Assembly (NCBI GenBank): GCA_012799095.1 | Contig: JAAZLX010000151.1 | Coordinates: forward strand, 1 to 62,701 | Direction: 5' to 3' | DNA from: Tissierellia bacterium | GTDB taxonomy: Bacteria; Bacillota; Clostridia; Peptostreptococcales; Acidaminobacteraceae | DNA: 62,701 bases | Shown: piece by piece, positions 29,201-37,156 of the stretch | Position numbering within the stretch: the stretch's first letter is position 1 | Layout: every line of letters begins with the position of its first letter | The notes under the pieces: model-generated | What the model saw: the letters and a program-made list of their open reading frames with translations, nothing else | The model's database searches: none | What the model was told of the DNA's origin: nothing | Position numbers and translations under genes: made by a program

Positions 29201-29304
29201 GATTTGACCGAATGAGAAAAGGATTCTCTGAAGAACGAGTCGAGAAGCTGAAAAAAGATGACATCTATGCCAGACTGATGACTGAAAACGACAAAACGGA
29301 GTAG
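26251..29304 (+). CDS. addB: Helicase-nuclease AddAB subunit B (AddB/RexB)
   Basis: I chose the GTG at 26251 behind AGGAGG. PD-(D/E)xK nuclease region (RIDIKDNRFTVIDYKTG) and four Cys of the Fe-S staple (FRRCPYSYF ... CDYCEYSAICRF) are present. No Walker A at the N-terminus. Confidence 0.85.
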   Translation: MKVYIGPDSFLKRKQLFQEINRGGEVTVITPEQSTLAYESQMIHMLDLPGMIDVQVTSLNHLLTKLSRDIFIPEQDLIGDIGKKMLYRDIIDELGDRLQVFRRIDQAGFYEELESTIDRLSRDQVGPEVLLELAQEQDKNSLVYNKLVDLHLIYQRYQERIGGEYFDQEQQLQLFEQQGHRFRLYSPEEVWLVDFKHFDARSLRMLKAIDAHTKRLCIALPYEADKPWIYQVTHETLGLLADTFGPVEVIEIKTPETPIRRLAQNLHAIEPETVNAPFRVFAAEDPYEEVEFIGLDILQKLRHDETLSLEDIRIIAADLDNYEFTVKSVFSQLGLPVFSDDRKSIVQNRVVKSILALMNVYLDGYRREDVISFLKGYLSEEAWDDLDVFENYLIETGVNQKRFREPLADEDMEAMRLKFLDQVIKSEAYFKQRHTIGEYCDGLRELFVMLRYPERIEQAVKIHEQRSETEEMLIITQVWNLLIEALAQLKKVAGDKKIGFRQYKGYFDSAIKDLNVGIIPPVEGRITLATLHRSTHAPCRVMYFCGMAEGVVPRDYLDTGLLKHQEKYRIKDFGYRYFDTPEFNENLDILDQFIALSLVEDELVFSYAGGNYTSETMTPSLYINRAIGLTGATIERGLQHHYQEHPDTAFRYAVEAIREGRRERIHQVTQAEIDQIQQNLLSPVETPPIDRKERKTVASASRLEKFRRCPYSYFVTYDLKPTIRREFVVEHFDIGDLYHLLIQRALEAYHEQRVTRRSMVEWIEVEMANILQLEQFERFSHTAASRYFIERAKRIANFVIGVLIDNIERSEFVPTYFEKTIQVGLDKFDLRGKIDRIDIKDNRFTVIDYKTGSKTFDLNSIYQGIDLQLTLYADAFRAEQSLEPAGLFYFNIKDPIVDQAKDREKELRLSGITAGDITGLDTGGDVPFLPTEHISDDMMDRLTKRVRRISQTYIDRIDRGEITIKPIRTTYLACDYCEYSAICRFDRMRKGFSEERVEKLKKDDIYARLMTENDKTE

Positions 29305-29322
29305 CTCCTGCAAGCTACTCCG
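29297..29322. terminator. Hairpin between convergent addB and transporter genes
   Basis: 10-bp stem CGGAGTAGCT / AGCTACTCCG, containing the addB stop. T-runs are weak. Confidence 0.45.
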
Positions 29323-29339
29323 TCGTTTCCTGATCTTAT

Positions 29340-30998
29340 TTATACTGTGGTTTCTTGGGCCGGAGCCAGTGCTGAGAACCGGGTTTGACCATCCAGTCGG
29401 ACTACCACCTGAGCAATGTTTTTAAAGTGGTCACTGACCCGCTCCAGGTTGCTTAGCATATCCAGTAGCAGCAAGCCTGTGTCAATTGAAGTTTCACCGT
29501 GGTTCATCCGTCCGACGATATTGTTACGCGATGATGCTTCAAAACCATCAAATTCTTTTTCGATCGCGATCACTTGATGGGCTTTTTCCAGATTGCCTTC
29601 CTGGATGGAAGCAATCACCAGATCGATCCCGGTCATGATGCGCTCATGAGCATGATGGATCGTGCTAAGGGAGGCCTCATCAAACTGCAATTCATTATCG
29701 ATAAAAGCTGTTGCCAAATCGGATATGTTTTCTGCGTGGTCCCCGATCCGTTCGATATCATTGATGGTATGAAACAGTGAGTCGATCATCTGCCGGTCCG
29801 CTGCATTGAGCGGGGTATTGGACAACGCGACCAAGTACTGAAAGATTTCTTTTTCCATCAGGTTGATCCGTTGCTCATTGTTGATCGTGGTCATGATCAT
29901 ATCTTTATCTTTGGTGATCAACGCCTGAAGTGACGAATCCAGGGTATCTTTGGACAGTATAGCCATTTGGGCCATTTCTTTGACTGCGTTTTGGGTGGCC
30001 ATAAAAGGGGTTTTTAAGACCCGGGGATCAAGGTGAGTGGTAATAGTCGGGACAGGAATCGCGCGTTCGGGAACCAATAAGGTGGCGAGCCATAACAATA
30101 CTCCACCAAACGGGAACAGGATGATCACGTTGATGATATTAAATAAGGTGTGAGCGTTTGCGATCTGTCGGGCAACCAGCAAGGGATCGATCGTTGTTAC
30201 TAATCGAGCAATATGCGGTCCCAGAACGAGAGAGAATATCAGTGTCCCGATGATATTGAATATCAAGTGGACCACACCGACCCGTCTGGCATTGGTCGAA
30301 GAGCCGATCGATGCAATCAGAGCGGTGGTACAAGTGCCGATATTGTCGCCATACATAATGAACAGAGCTGATCCGAGAGGGATCAGACCTTCTCCGGCTA
30401 ACGCGACCAAAATACCCATCGATGCCGAAGAGCTTTGCAGGATCAAGGTCAGGGCGAACCCGGTGAAGATCCCCATGATCGGGTTGTATTGGAAACTGAC
30501 CAATAAGTCGCGGAACCATTCGACCTCGCGCAGGGGAGAGAGCGAGCCCTGCAACAGGTTCATACCGATAAACAGAATACCCAGACCAACCAAAATGTCG
30601 GCAATGTGCTTTCTGGACTCGATCTTCGAAGACATCTTGATGATCATACCGGCCATGACTAAGATCGGTGCGTATGTATAGATATCGAAAGAAATCAACT
30701 GGCTGGTGATGGTGGTCCCGATATTGGCCCCCATGATGACACCGACCGCTTGGGATAATCTCATGATCCCGGCGTTGACCAGACCGACCACCATGACCGA
30801 GGTGGCAGAGGAACTTTGGATGACCATGGTGACGATAGTACCGGCAAACACCGCAATCAGACGATTACGAGTCATCCGTTCGATAAAGCCTTTCAACCTG
30901 CGTCCGGCTGCTTTTTGCAACCCGTCCGACATCAGGCTCATACCAAATAAAAACAGTCCCAGACCGGAAATTGCTCCGAGGACAATATTGACCCACAT
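29340..30998 (-). CDS. Na/Pi cotransporter family protein with C-terminal PhoU-like repeats
   Basis: Multi-TM NptA-like N-terminal half. Two PhoU-type motifs (ERIGDHAENI, ERVSDHFKNI). I chose the ATG at 30998 behind AGGAG. Confidence 0.8.
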   Translation of the reverse strand: MWVNIVLGAISGLGLFLFGMSLMSDGLQKAAGRRLKGFIERMTRNRLIAVFAGTIVTMVIQSSSATSVMVVGLVNAGIMRLSQAVGVIMGANIGTTITSQLISFDIYTYAPILVMAGMIIKMSSKIESRKHIADILVGLGILFIGMNLLQGSLSPLREVEWFRDLLVSFQYNPIMGIFTGFALTLILQSSSASMGILVALAGEGLIPLGSALFIMYGDNIGTCTTALIASIGSSTNARRVGVVHLIFNIIGTLIFSLVLGPHIARLVTTIDPLLVARQIANAHTLFNIINVIILFPFGGVLLWLATLLVPERAIPVPTITTHLDPRVLKTPFMATQNAVKEMAQMAILSKDTLDSSLQALITKDKDMIMTTINNEQRINLMEKEIFQYLVALSNTPLNAADRQMIDSLFHTINDIERIGDHAENISDLATAFIDNELQFDEASLSTIHHAHERIMTGIDLVIASIQEGNLEKAHQVIAIEKEFDGFEASSRNNIVGRMNHGETSIDTGLLLLDMLSNLERVSDHFKNIAQVVVRLDGQTRFSALAPAQETTV

Positions 30999-31161
30999 AA
31001 CTGCTCCTATACTTACTTGAGTTATTGTCATAAAATGAATAATTGGTTGTACTCAACGTTATATTAACATAAGCGCGACTTTGATTATACACTTAAATGG
31101 ACGGACCCGGACAGTATATCTGTCGATTTTTACATGATAATATATTAGTCAAGAGGTGACA

Positions 31162-34100
31162 ATGAAGTGGACTGCTCAACAACAACAAGTCATAACTGAT
31201 CGGGGGAGAAATATCCTGGTTGCTGCTGCTGCCGGATCAGGCAAAACAGCAGTATTGACCGAGCGGATCATCAGTCTTCTGATCGATGGTCATTCTTTGG
31301 AAGATTTTCTTATTATTACTTTTACCAAAGCTTCCGCCAAAGATATGAAAGAAAAAATCCGCCGGGCGATTCAACATCAGCCTCGTCTTCGACGTGAGGA
31401 AAAACGTCTTGCGACCGCCCAGATATCAACGATCGATTCGTTTTGTAATGCGATCGTCCGGGATAACTTCTTCTATTTGAACATTGATCCGGCTTTTCGG
31501 ATCGGCAATCAAAATGAATTAGCTATCTTGCAGGATGATGAATTGAATGACCTGTTTGAGGAGCACTATCAAACAGGTGACAACTCATTTTTAGATCTGG
31601 TCGAAGTATTTGGGAGTGACCGAAGTGACTGGGGTCTACGTGAAACGGTCCTGCAATTGGACACTTACCTGAACAATCGAGTCGACCGTGATCAGGCGAT
31701 CACTGAGATATTAGACGGTTTTACTGATATGAATTATTGGCGTGATAAGCTCGATCAGTTTATCGATCAGTATCATGATGAGATCGATGCCCTGCTCGAT
31801 CAGGCTGAAGATTTGTGTTTCAATGAAAAAACCAGACAGACGATCATATCGGATCAGGCTACGATTCAACAGTCTGAGCTGGTATTTACCCGTTATCCGG
31901 TCCTGTCGAAAGCCGAAAAGGAAGACCCCTTATTGGTCGAGGCGAATATCAACTTAAAAAAGATCAGAGACCGCTATATTAAGATGGCGCGTGAGTTTGA
32001 AAAGAATCTCCGGGCAGAAGGAGATTTCACCGACATGATGTCGAATTATCAGACACAGCAAAGCCGGATGGATGCTTTGATCCAGTTGACTGAAGAATTT
32101 AATAAACGTTTCTTTCAAAAGCGAAAAGAGATGAATATGCTGTCCTTCTCCGATGTTGAGCACCTCGCACTTCGAGCGGTCCAAAATCCGGAAATCGCCC
32201 AGGGTTATCGCGAACGTTTCAATTATATCTTTATCGATGAATATCAGGACACCAACCCGATACAGGAAGGTCTGATCGAATGCATCAAACGACCTGATAA
32301 TGTCTTTATGGTCGGTGATATCAAACAGAGCATTTATCGTTTCCGTCAAGCCGATCCGACGATCTTTTTGAAAAAGTTTCATGATTATTCCCAGCCTGAT
32401 CAGCAGTCCGTCCGGATCGATCTCAATCGCAATTTCCGTTCCGCCAAACCGATCATTGAAGGGGTCAACCGGATATTTCAAGCGATCATGTTACCGGACT
32501 ACGGCGGCATCGCCTATGATGAAAAGTCCGCCCTGGAATTTGGCAATGTTGATTTATCACACCTGGAAGATGATGTAGAAATTATGCTGACAGAAGCTCA
32601 GACGGTCGAACGGGAGCAAGCCGAGATCGACAACATGATTCGACGGATCCAGCTGCTTCATCAAGAAGGCTATCGTTACCGCGATATGGTGATACTGATG
32701 CGGGCACCGTCTGCTATGGCAGATACTGCAATCAAGCAGTTCAAGGAAGCCGGCCTTCCTTTGATGCTGGATTATTCCAGTGCGTATCTTAAAAGCCTGG
32801 AAGTCGAGATCCTGATCAACTATCTCCGACTGATCGATAATTTTCGTCAAGATATTCCTCTGTTGAGTGTCTTGCGGTTGCCGCGCTACGGCCTGACCGA
32901 CCAGGATCTGTTAGATATACGCCATCAGGTGCCAAAGGTTCCCTTTCATCAAGCAGTCCTGAGTCAGGAACTCGACAAAGAATTACAGCATAAACTGGCA
33001 GTATTTCTGGATGAACTGGAAACCTTCCGCCGTCACAGTCGCTCCTTGACAATCGATGCCCTGTTACAGGAAATCTATTACGAGACCAATTACGAGCCCT
33101 TCATTCTGTTGATGCCCGACGGCAAACAGCGACTGGCCAATGTCCGGCTATTGTTCCGCCTTGCCGGTGAATATGAACAGACATCATTTGTCGGGCTGAG
33201 CAAGTTTTTGCGTTATGTTGAACGGATCATGCAAGTCGATAAAGACATCGAAGCAGCCCGGATCATCCCGGAGGATGCTGATACCGTACGCTTGATGAGT
33301 ATTCACAAGTCAAAGGGGCTACAATTTCCGGTAGTGTTTGTCGCCGGACTGCACCGACGGTTCAACGAGCGTGACCTGGCGCAAAAGGTGATCGTCAGTG
33401 ATAATCGGGCTGTCATGAATCAGGTCGACCTGACAGACAGGACCAGTCGTCAACCGCTGTTTAAGAAGCTGCTTCAGCTGGATTTGCGATCGGCCTCCCG
33501 CCAGGAGGAGATCCGTCTGCTCTATGTAGCCATGACCCGGGCGGAGAAACGCTTGATCTTGTCGACCGTCGTACCTGACCTGGAGAAAGCTTTTCAGACC
33601 GCAGCACCGCACAGCCTCAACAGTCTGCGAGAATGCAACAATTATTGGAGTCTGATTCTGGGCTCTGAGGTGATCGATGCCCAGGGACACTGTTGTCCGG
33701 GGTATCGATTGATCGATCCGAATGATTTGGCCGTCATGATGCCACAGGTGGTTCCGAGCAGTATCACTTCCAGTGGCGTTGTGATCGAGCCGAGGCAATT
33801 GCCGGTACGAGTGGCTGACAGCAAATATTCTGTCACGCGTTTGATCCAACGTGAAGTGGTCGTACCCAGGGTCCGTCAAACCTTTGATGAGGAACTGATC
33901 GGTGGAATTGAGAAAGGGATCCAATTCCACAAGGCGATGGAATGGATCGATTTCAACGATATCGACGGTTCACTCACACTGCTGGAGGAAGAAAAAATCC
34001 TGGAAGACTTCCAGGACCGGGCACTGTTGGAACGTTTTCTTCAACACGATTTGATGCAGGAGTATCTGTTACAGGCCGGTCGGATCAAACGGGAGCTGCC

Positions 34101-34347
34101 TTTTGTCTACCGAATGGATATTGATGGGGAGGAAACCCTGGTCCAGGGTATCATCGATATGGTGTTGGAGTTGCCACAGGGTGATGTTCTGATCGATTAT
34201 AAAACCGATGTCTCCCTGGCCTATCTCGAGAGTTATCAACGCCAAGTCGAATATTATGCCGAAGCCTATCAAGCGATCACCCGACGACAGGTGTCGCGTA
34301 AGCTGATCTGGTTCGTCAGACTGGGTCGCTTTGTCGAAGTGGAATAG
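31162..34347 (+). CDS. addA: Helicase-nuclease AddAB subunit A (AddA/RexA)
   Basis: UvrD-type helicase motifs (AAAGSGKT, FIDEYQDTNP, GDIKQSIYRFR, VMSIHKSKGLQFP) and a C-terminal nuclease motif (GIIDMV...LIDYKTD). Confidence 0.9.
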   Translation: MKWTAQQQQVITDRGRNILVAAAAGSGKTAVLTERIISLLIDGHSLEDFLIITFTKASAKDMKEKIRRAIQHQPRLRREEKRLATAQISTIDSFCNAIVRDNFFYLNIDPAFRIGNQNELAILQDDELNDLFEEHYQTGDNSFLDLVEVFGSDRSDWGLRETVLQLDTYLNNRVDRDQAITEILDGFTDMNYWRDKLDQFIDQYHDEIDALLDQAEDLCFNEKTRQTIISDQATIQQSELVFTRYPVLSKAEKEDPLLVEANINLKKIRDRYIKMAREFEKNLRAEGDFTDMMSNYQTQQSRMDALIQLTEEFNKRFFQKRKEMNMLSFSDVEHLALRAVQNPEIAQGYRERFNYIFIDEYQDTNPIQEGLIECIKRPDNVFMVGDIKQSIYRFRQADPTIFLKKFHDYSQPDQQSVRIDLNRNFRSAKPIIEGVNRIFQAIMLPDYGGIAYDEKSALEFGNVDLSHLEDDVEIMLTEAQTVEREQAEIDNMIRRIQLLHQEGYRYRDMVILMRAPSAMADTAIKQFKEAGLPLMLDYSSAYLKSLEVEILINYLRLIDNFRQDIPLLSVLRLPRYGLTDQDLLDIRHQVPKVPFHQAVLSQELDKELQHKLAVFLDELETFRRHSRSLTIDALLQEIYYETNYEPFILLMPDGKQRLANVRLLFRLAGEYEQTSFVGLSKFLRYVERIMQVDKDIEAARIIPEDADTVRLMSIHKSKGLQFPVVFVAGLHRRFNERDLAQKVIVSDNRAVMNQVDLTDRTSRQPLFKKLLQLDLRSASRQEEIRLLYVAMTRAEKRLILSTVVPDLEKAFQTAAPHSLNSLRECNNYWSLILGSEVIDAQGHCCPGYRLIDPNDLAVMMPQVVPSSITSSGVVIEPRQLPVRVADSKYSVTRLIQREVVVPRVRQTFDEELIGGIEKGIQFHKAMEWIDFNDIDGSLTLLEEEKILEDFQDRALLERFLQHDLMQEYLLQAGRIKRELPFVYRMDIDGEETLVQGIIDMVLELPQGDVLIDYKTDVSLAYLESYQRQVEYYAEAYQAITRRQVSRKLIWFVRLGRFVEVE

Positions 34348-34377
34348 ACAACATCATTGAGTAAGCAAAAAAATAAG

Positions 34378-34401
34378 ACCGCTGTTTTCAGCGGTTTTTT
34401 G
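34378..34401. terminator. Bidirectional rho-independent terminator
   Basis: ACCGCTG-TTTT-CAGCGGT followed by T6 and preceded by an A-run. Confidence 0.8.
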
Positions 34402-34417
34402 CGTGAGCAGATCGGAA

Positions 34418-35071
34418 TTAGATGTCTTCCCAGGATGTGCTGAGTATTCCCTCGAGCTGACTGACCCGTTCAATCAAATTATTGCGGTTGAAATTACGGT
34501 CGACCGTTAGATAGTAAGTCAACTTTCTTTCGTGTCCGTCGGGCATTTCGATGGCCATATCTTTCAATTCAACATGAAGCTCCCGAAACAAATGGGCTAA
34601 ATCGGCGATCGATTGCGGGGATTGGGCATGGACGTAGAGGATCATCTGAAACTTGAAGAAAATCTTTTTTTGCACCAGGGCCAGGAGGGCCAGAGTAATC
34701 ACGACTAACAGTGTCATCATGACAGCTCCAAAATAATAGCCGATACCGACGGCCAACCCGATCCCGCCACAAACCCAAAGCGAAGCGGCGGTCGTCAATC
34801 CGTGAACACTGCCTCCTGTTCGCAATATAGTACCACCGCATAAAAAACCGATGCCACTGACGACCTGAGCTGCCAGTCGGGCAGGATCGCCCGTACCATA
34901 TCGATCAAAGCCATCAACAGATATTAACATGATCAAGGCTGCCCCCATGGTCAATAACATGTGGGTCCGAATACCGGCGGGATGGCCCTTTCGTTCTCTC
35001 TCAAGACCAACAATACCTCCGGCTAATGCAGCCAAGAACAGACGCAATCCTATTTCCCAGGAATGGATCAT
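34418..35071 (-). CDS. mgtC: MgtC/SapB family membrane protein
   Basis: MgtC-type N-terminal TM domain (LAALAGGIVGLERE) and a soluble ACT-like C-terminal domain. Confidence 0.8.
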   Translation of the reverse strand: MIHSWEIGLRLFLAALAGGIVGLERERKGHPAGIRTHMLLTMGAALIMLISVDGFDRYGTGDPARLAAQVVSGIGFLCGGTILRTGGSVHGLTTAASLWVCGGIGLAVGIGYYFGAVMMTLLVVITLALLALVQKKIFFKFQMILYVHAQSPQSIADLAHLFRELHVELKDMAIEMPDGHERKLTYYLTVDRNFNRNNLIERVSQLEGILSTSWEDI

Positions 35072-35183
35072 GGTAGCCTCCTTTGTCTACTTAAGTCTTA
35101 CCCTGAAATCGATCGAAATAAATAAGCGTCAACTTTCTTATCACTTGTGCGATGGATGTGATAAACTCATAGAAGTGGATTAT

Positions 35184-35192
35184 TGATATAAT
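35184..35192 (+). promoter_or_regulatory. Extended -10 promoter element upstream of prdR
   Basis: TGATATAAT (TGnTATAAT), about 20 nt before the prdR start. No good -35. Confidence 0.4.
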
Positions 35193-35211
35193 ATTATGAA
35201 ATGGAGTAGAC

Positions 35212-36951
35212 ATGCTGACAATTATTCAAGACTTGACAGTCGAAGCCATGATGAGCACGAAAATCAGCCAGATCGATCCTGATCAGACAATTTACGATGC
35301 CTTGGTGACGATGAATACAGACGGAGTCAATGAATTGATCATCGGTTCCACATCAAAGCCGGTAGGAATTATCACGGTGACTGACATAACCCGTTCAAAC
35401 GTTCATTTACCGAACGATCTTAGTCAACCGCTTCATCGACAGTTCCTGCGGGAGCTGGTGACGATACATCCCAAGGCACGGGCGGAAGAAGCCCGCAATA
35501 TCATGCGTGAACATGGCATTGGCCGTTTACCGGTCATTCAAGATGGGGTGATCGTCGGTATCGTTCGAACGATCGACATTATGACCTACTATTATCAGGA
35601 AATTGAGCAGATACGAAATACCTATATTAAAATATTGGATGAAATTCACGAAGGAGTCTGTGTCGTCGACCGTGATGGAATTGTCGTTACCTGGAGCAAT
35701 CATTCCGCACGGCTGTACAAAATACCGCCGGAAGAAATTCTACACCGGCCGATCGATGAAAAATTCCCCAGTGCATTGTTACGTCAAGTCCTTCAGACCG
35801 GAAAAGCAGTCGACAATACGATCCACTCGCCGCGCAAGGGGACGGTGGTCAACATCTCTGCTGCCCCACTATATAACCAGGGAGAATTGATCGGGGCTAT
35901 TTCTACCGATCGCGACATCACTGATGTCATGAATCTGACCAACGAACTGGCTGACACCAGAAACCGTCTGGAATTTTTACAAGATGAAGTTGCCAAATTG
36001 AGCGAGACGGCTTACAACTTTGATGCGGTAATAGGTACGAGCAGTGAAATAACCGATGTCATCAAACTGGCCGCAACCGTAGCGCCGACTAATTCCTCGA
36101 TTTTGATCACCGGTGAAAGCGGTACCGGAAAAGAGTTGTTTGCCCGCTCGATCCATGCCGCCAGCGGGAGAAACGGTTTATTTGTTCCCATCAACTGTTC
36201 AGCTATCCCCGAGAGCTTATTTGAATCGGAAATGTTCGGTTATGCGGCCGGCGCTTTTACCGGAGCGCTCAATGAAGGCAAAGTAGGCAAGTTTGAGTTA
36301 GCCAATAACGGTACATTGTTTTTAGATGAGATCGGTGACATGCCACTCAGTATGCAGGCAAAAATGCTCCGGGTGATCCAAGATAAAGTAATTACCCGCA
36401 TCGGGGACAATCAGTTGATCAAAACAAATGTCAGGATCATCAGTGCTACCCATCGCGATTTGAAAGAATTGGTCGATCAGGGGAAGTTTCGAGAGGATCT
36501 GTTTTACCGTCTCAATGTAGTCGCACTGGATATTCCGTCCTTGAAGGAACGGGCGGAGGATATTCCGCTGTTTGTCCAGCATTATCTCCAGGAATTCAGT
36601 CATGACAATATGAAACCGATCAAACCGATCGATTCTGGCGTGATAGAACAAATGATGCGTTATTCCTGGCCGGGAAATATCCGCGAGCTGAGAAACGTTG
36701 TCGAGCAGATGGTCATTTTTGCCGATGAACGTTTAACGATCGATCTATTGCCGGTCCATATCCGCCGATCTCAGGACACAACTTCGTCTAACAGGCGGGA
36801 ACTGGCCAGCTCAGCGGCTGACCTGGAGCAGATGATGATCGAAAAGGCACTAAAAGAGGCCGACGGGAACAAAGCCAGAGCGGCCCGTATCTTAGGTATT
36901 TCAAGACCGACACTATATTATAAATTGAGTAAATACAATCTGGATGTCTAA
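35212..36951 (+). CDS. prdR: Sigma-54-dependent transcriptional activator (CBS pair, PAS, AAA+, Fis-type HTH), PrdR-like
   Basis: GESGTGKELFARSIH, GAFTGA, ESEMFGY and a C-terminal HTH (ARILGISRPTLYYKL). It lies immediately upstream of a sigma-54 promoter and the prd genes. Confidence 0.85.
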   Translation: MLTIIQDLTVEAMMSTKISQIDPDQTIYDALVTMNTDGVNELIIGSTSKPVGIITVTDITRSNVHLPNDLSQPLHRQFLRELVTIHPKARAEEARNIMREHGIGRLPVIQDGVIVGIVRTIDIMTYYYQEIEQIRNTYIKILDEIHEGVCVVDRDGIVVTWSNHSARLYKIPPEEILHRPIDEKFPSALLRQVLQTGKAVDNTIHSPRKGTVVNISAAPLYNQGELIGAISTDRDITDVMNLTNELADTRNRLEFLQDEVAKLSETAYNFDAVIGTSSEITDVIKLAATVAPTNSSILITGESGTGKELFARSIHAASGRNGLFVPINCSAIPESLFESEMFGYAAGAFTGALNEGKVGKFELANNGTLFLDEIGDMPLSMQAKMLRVIQDKVITRIGDNQLIKTNVRIISATHRDLKELVDQGKFREDLFYRLNVVALDIPSLKERAEDIPLFVQHYLQEFSHDNMKPIKPIDSGVIEQMMRYSWPGNIRELRNVVEQMVIFADERLTIDLLPVHIRRSQDTTSSNRRELASSAADLEQMMIEKALKEADGNKARAARILGISRPTLYYKLSKYNLDV

Positions 36952-37111
36952 TTTCTGACGGTGTCTAAACACTTTACACTATCGTGCAAACGCGATGGAA
37001 AATGAACTTTTCTACTTTTTTTTGCGAGTATTAGATCATAAACCGTCAAAAACTTGACACCCATAATAAAGTCAAACTCGTCAAACCCTTGCAATCACTG
37101 TAAAAAAATAT

Positions 37112-37127
37112 TGGCATGATATTTGCT
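37112..37127 (+). promoter_or_regulatory. Sigma-54 (-24/-12) promoter of the proline reductase operon
   Basis: TGGCATGATATTTGCT has GG and GC spaced exactly as in the consensus TGGCACG-N4-TTGCW. It lies about 30 nt before the prdC start. Confidence 0.8.
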
Positions 37128-37156
37128 TCTATTAAACAGTGAAAGGAGGTGACAAC

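Noticed and set aside
28588-29313. 241-aa minus-strand ORF
   Set aside because: It lies wholly within addB on the opposite strand. It has no recognisable domain or ribosome binding site. Long antisense frames are common in genes of this composition.
35072-35211. Looked for an M-box (magnesium) riboswitch upstream of mgtC
   Set aside because: The leader is only about 140 nt and is shared with the prdR promoter. I could not find the conserved M-box helices. I noted only a 6-bp inverted repeat (TATCAC...GTGATA, 35139-35165).
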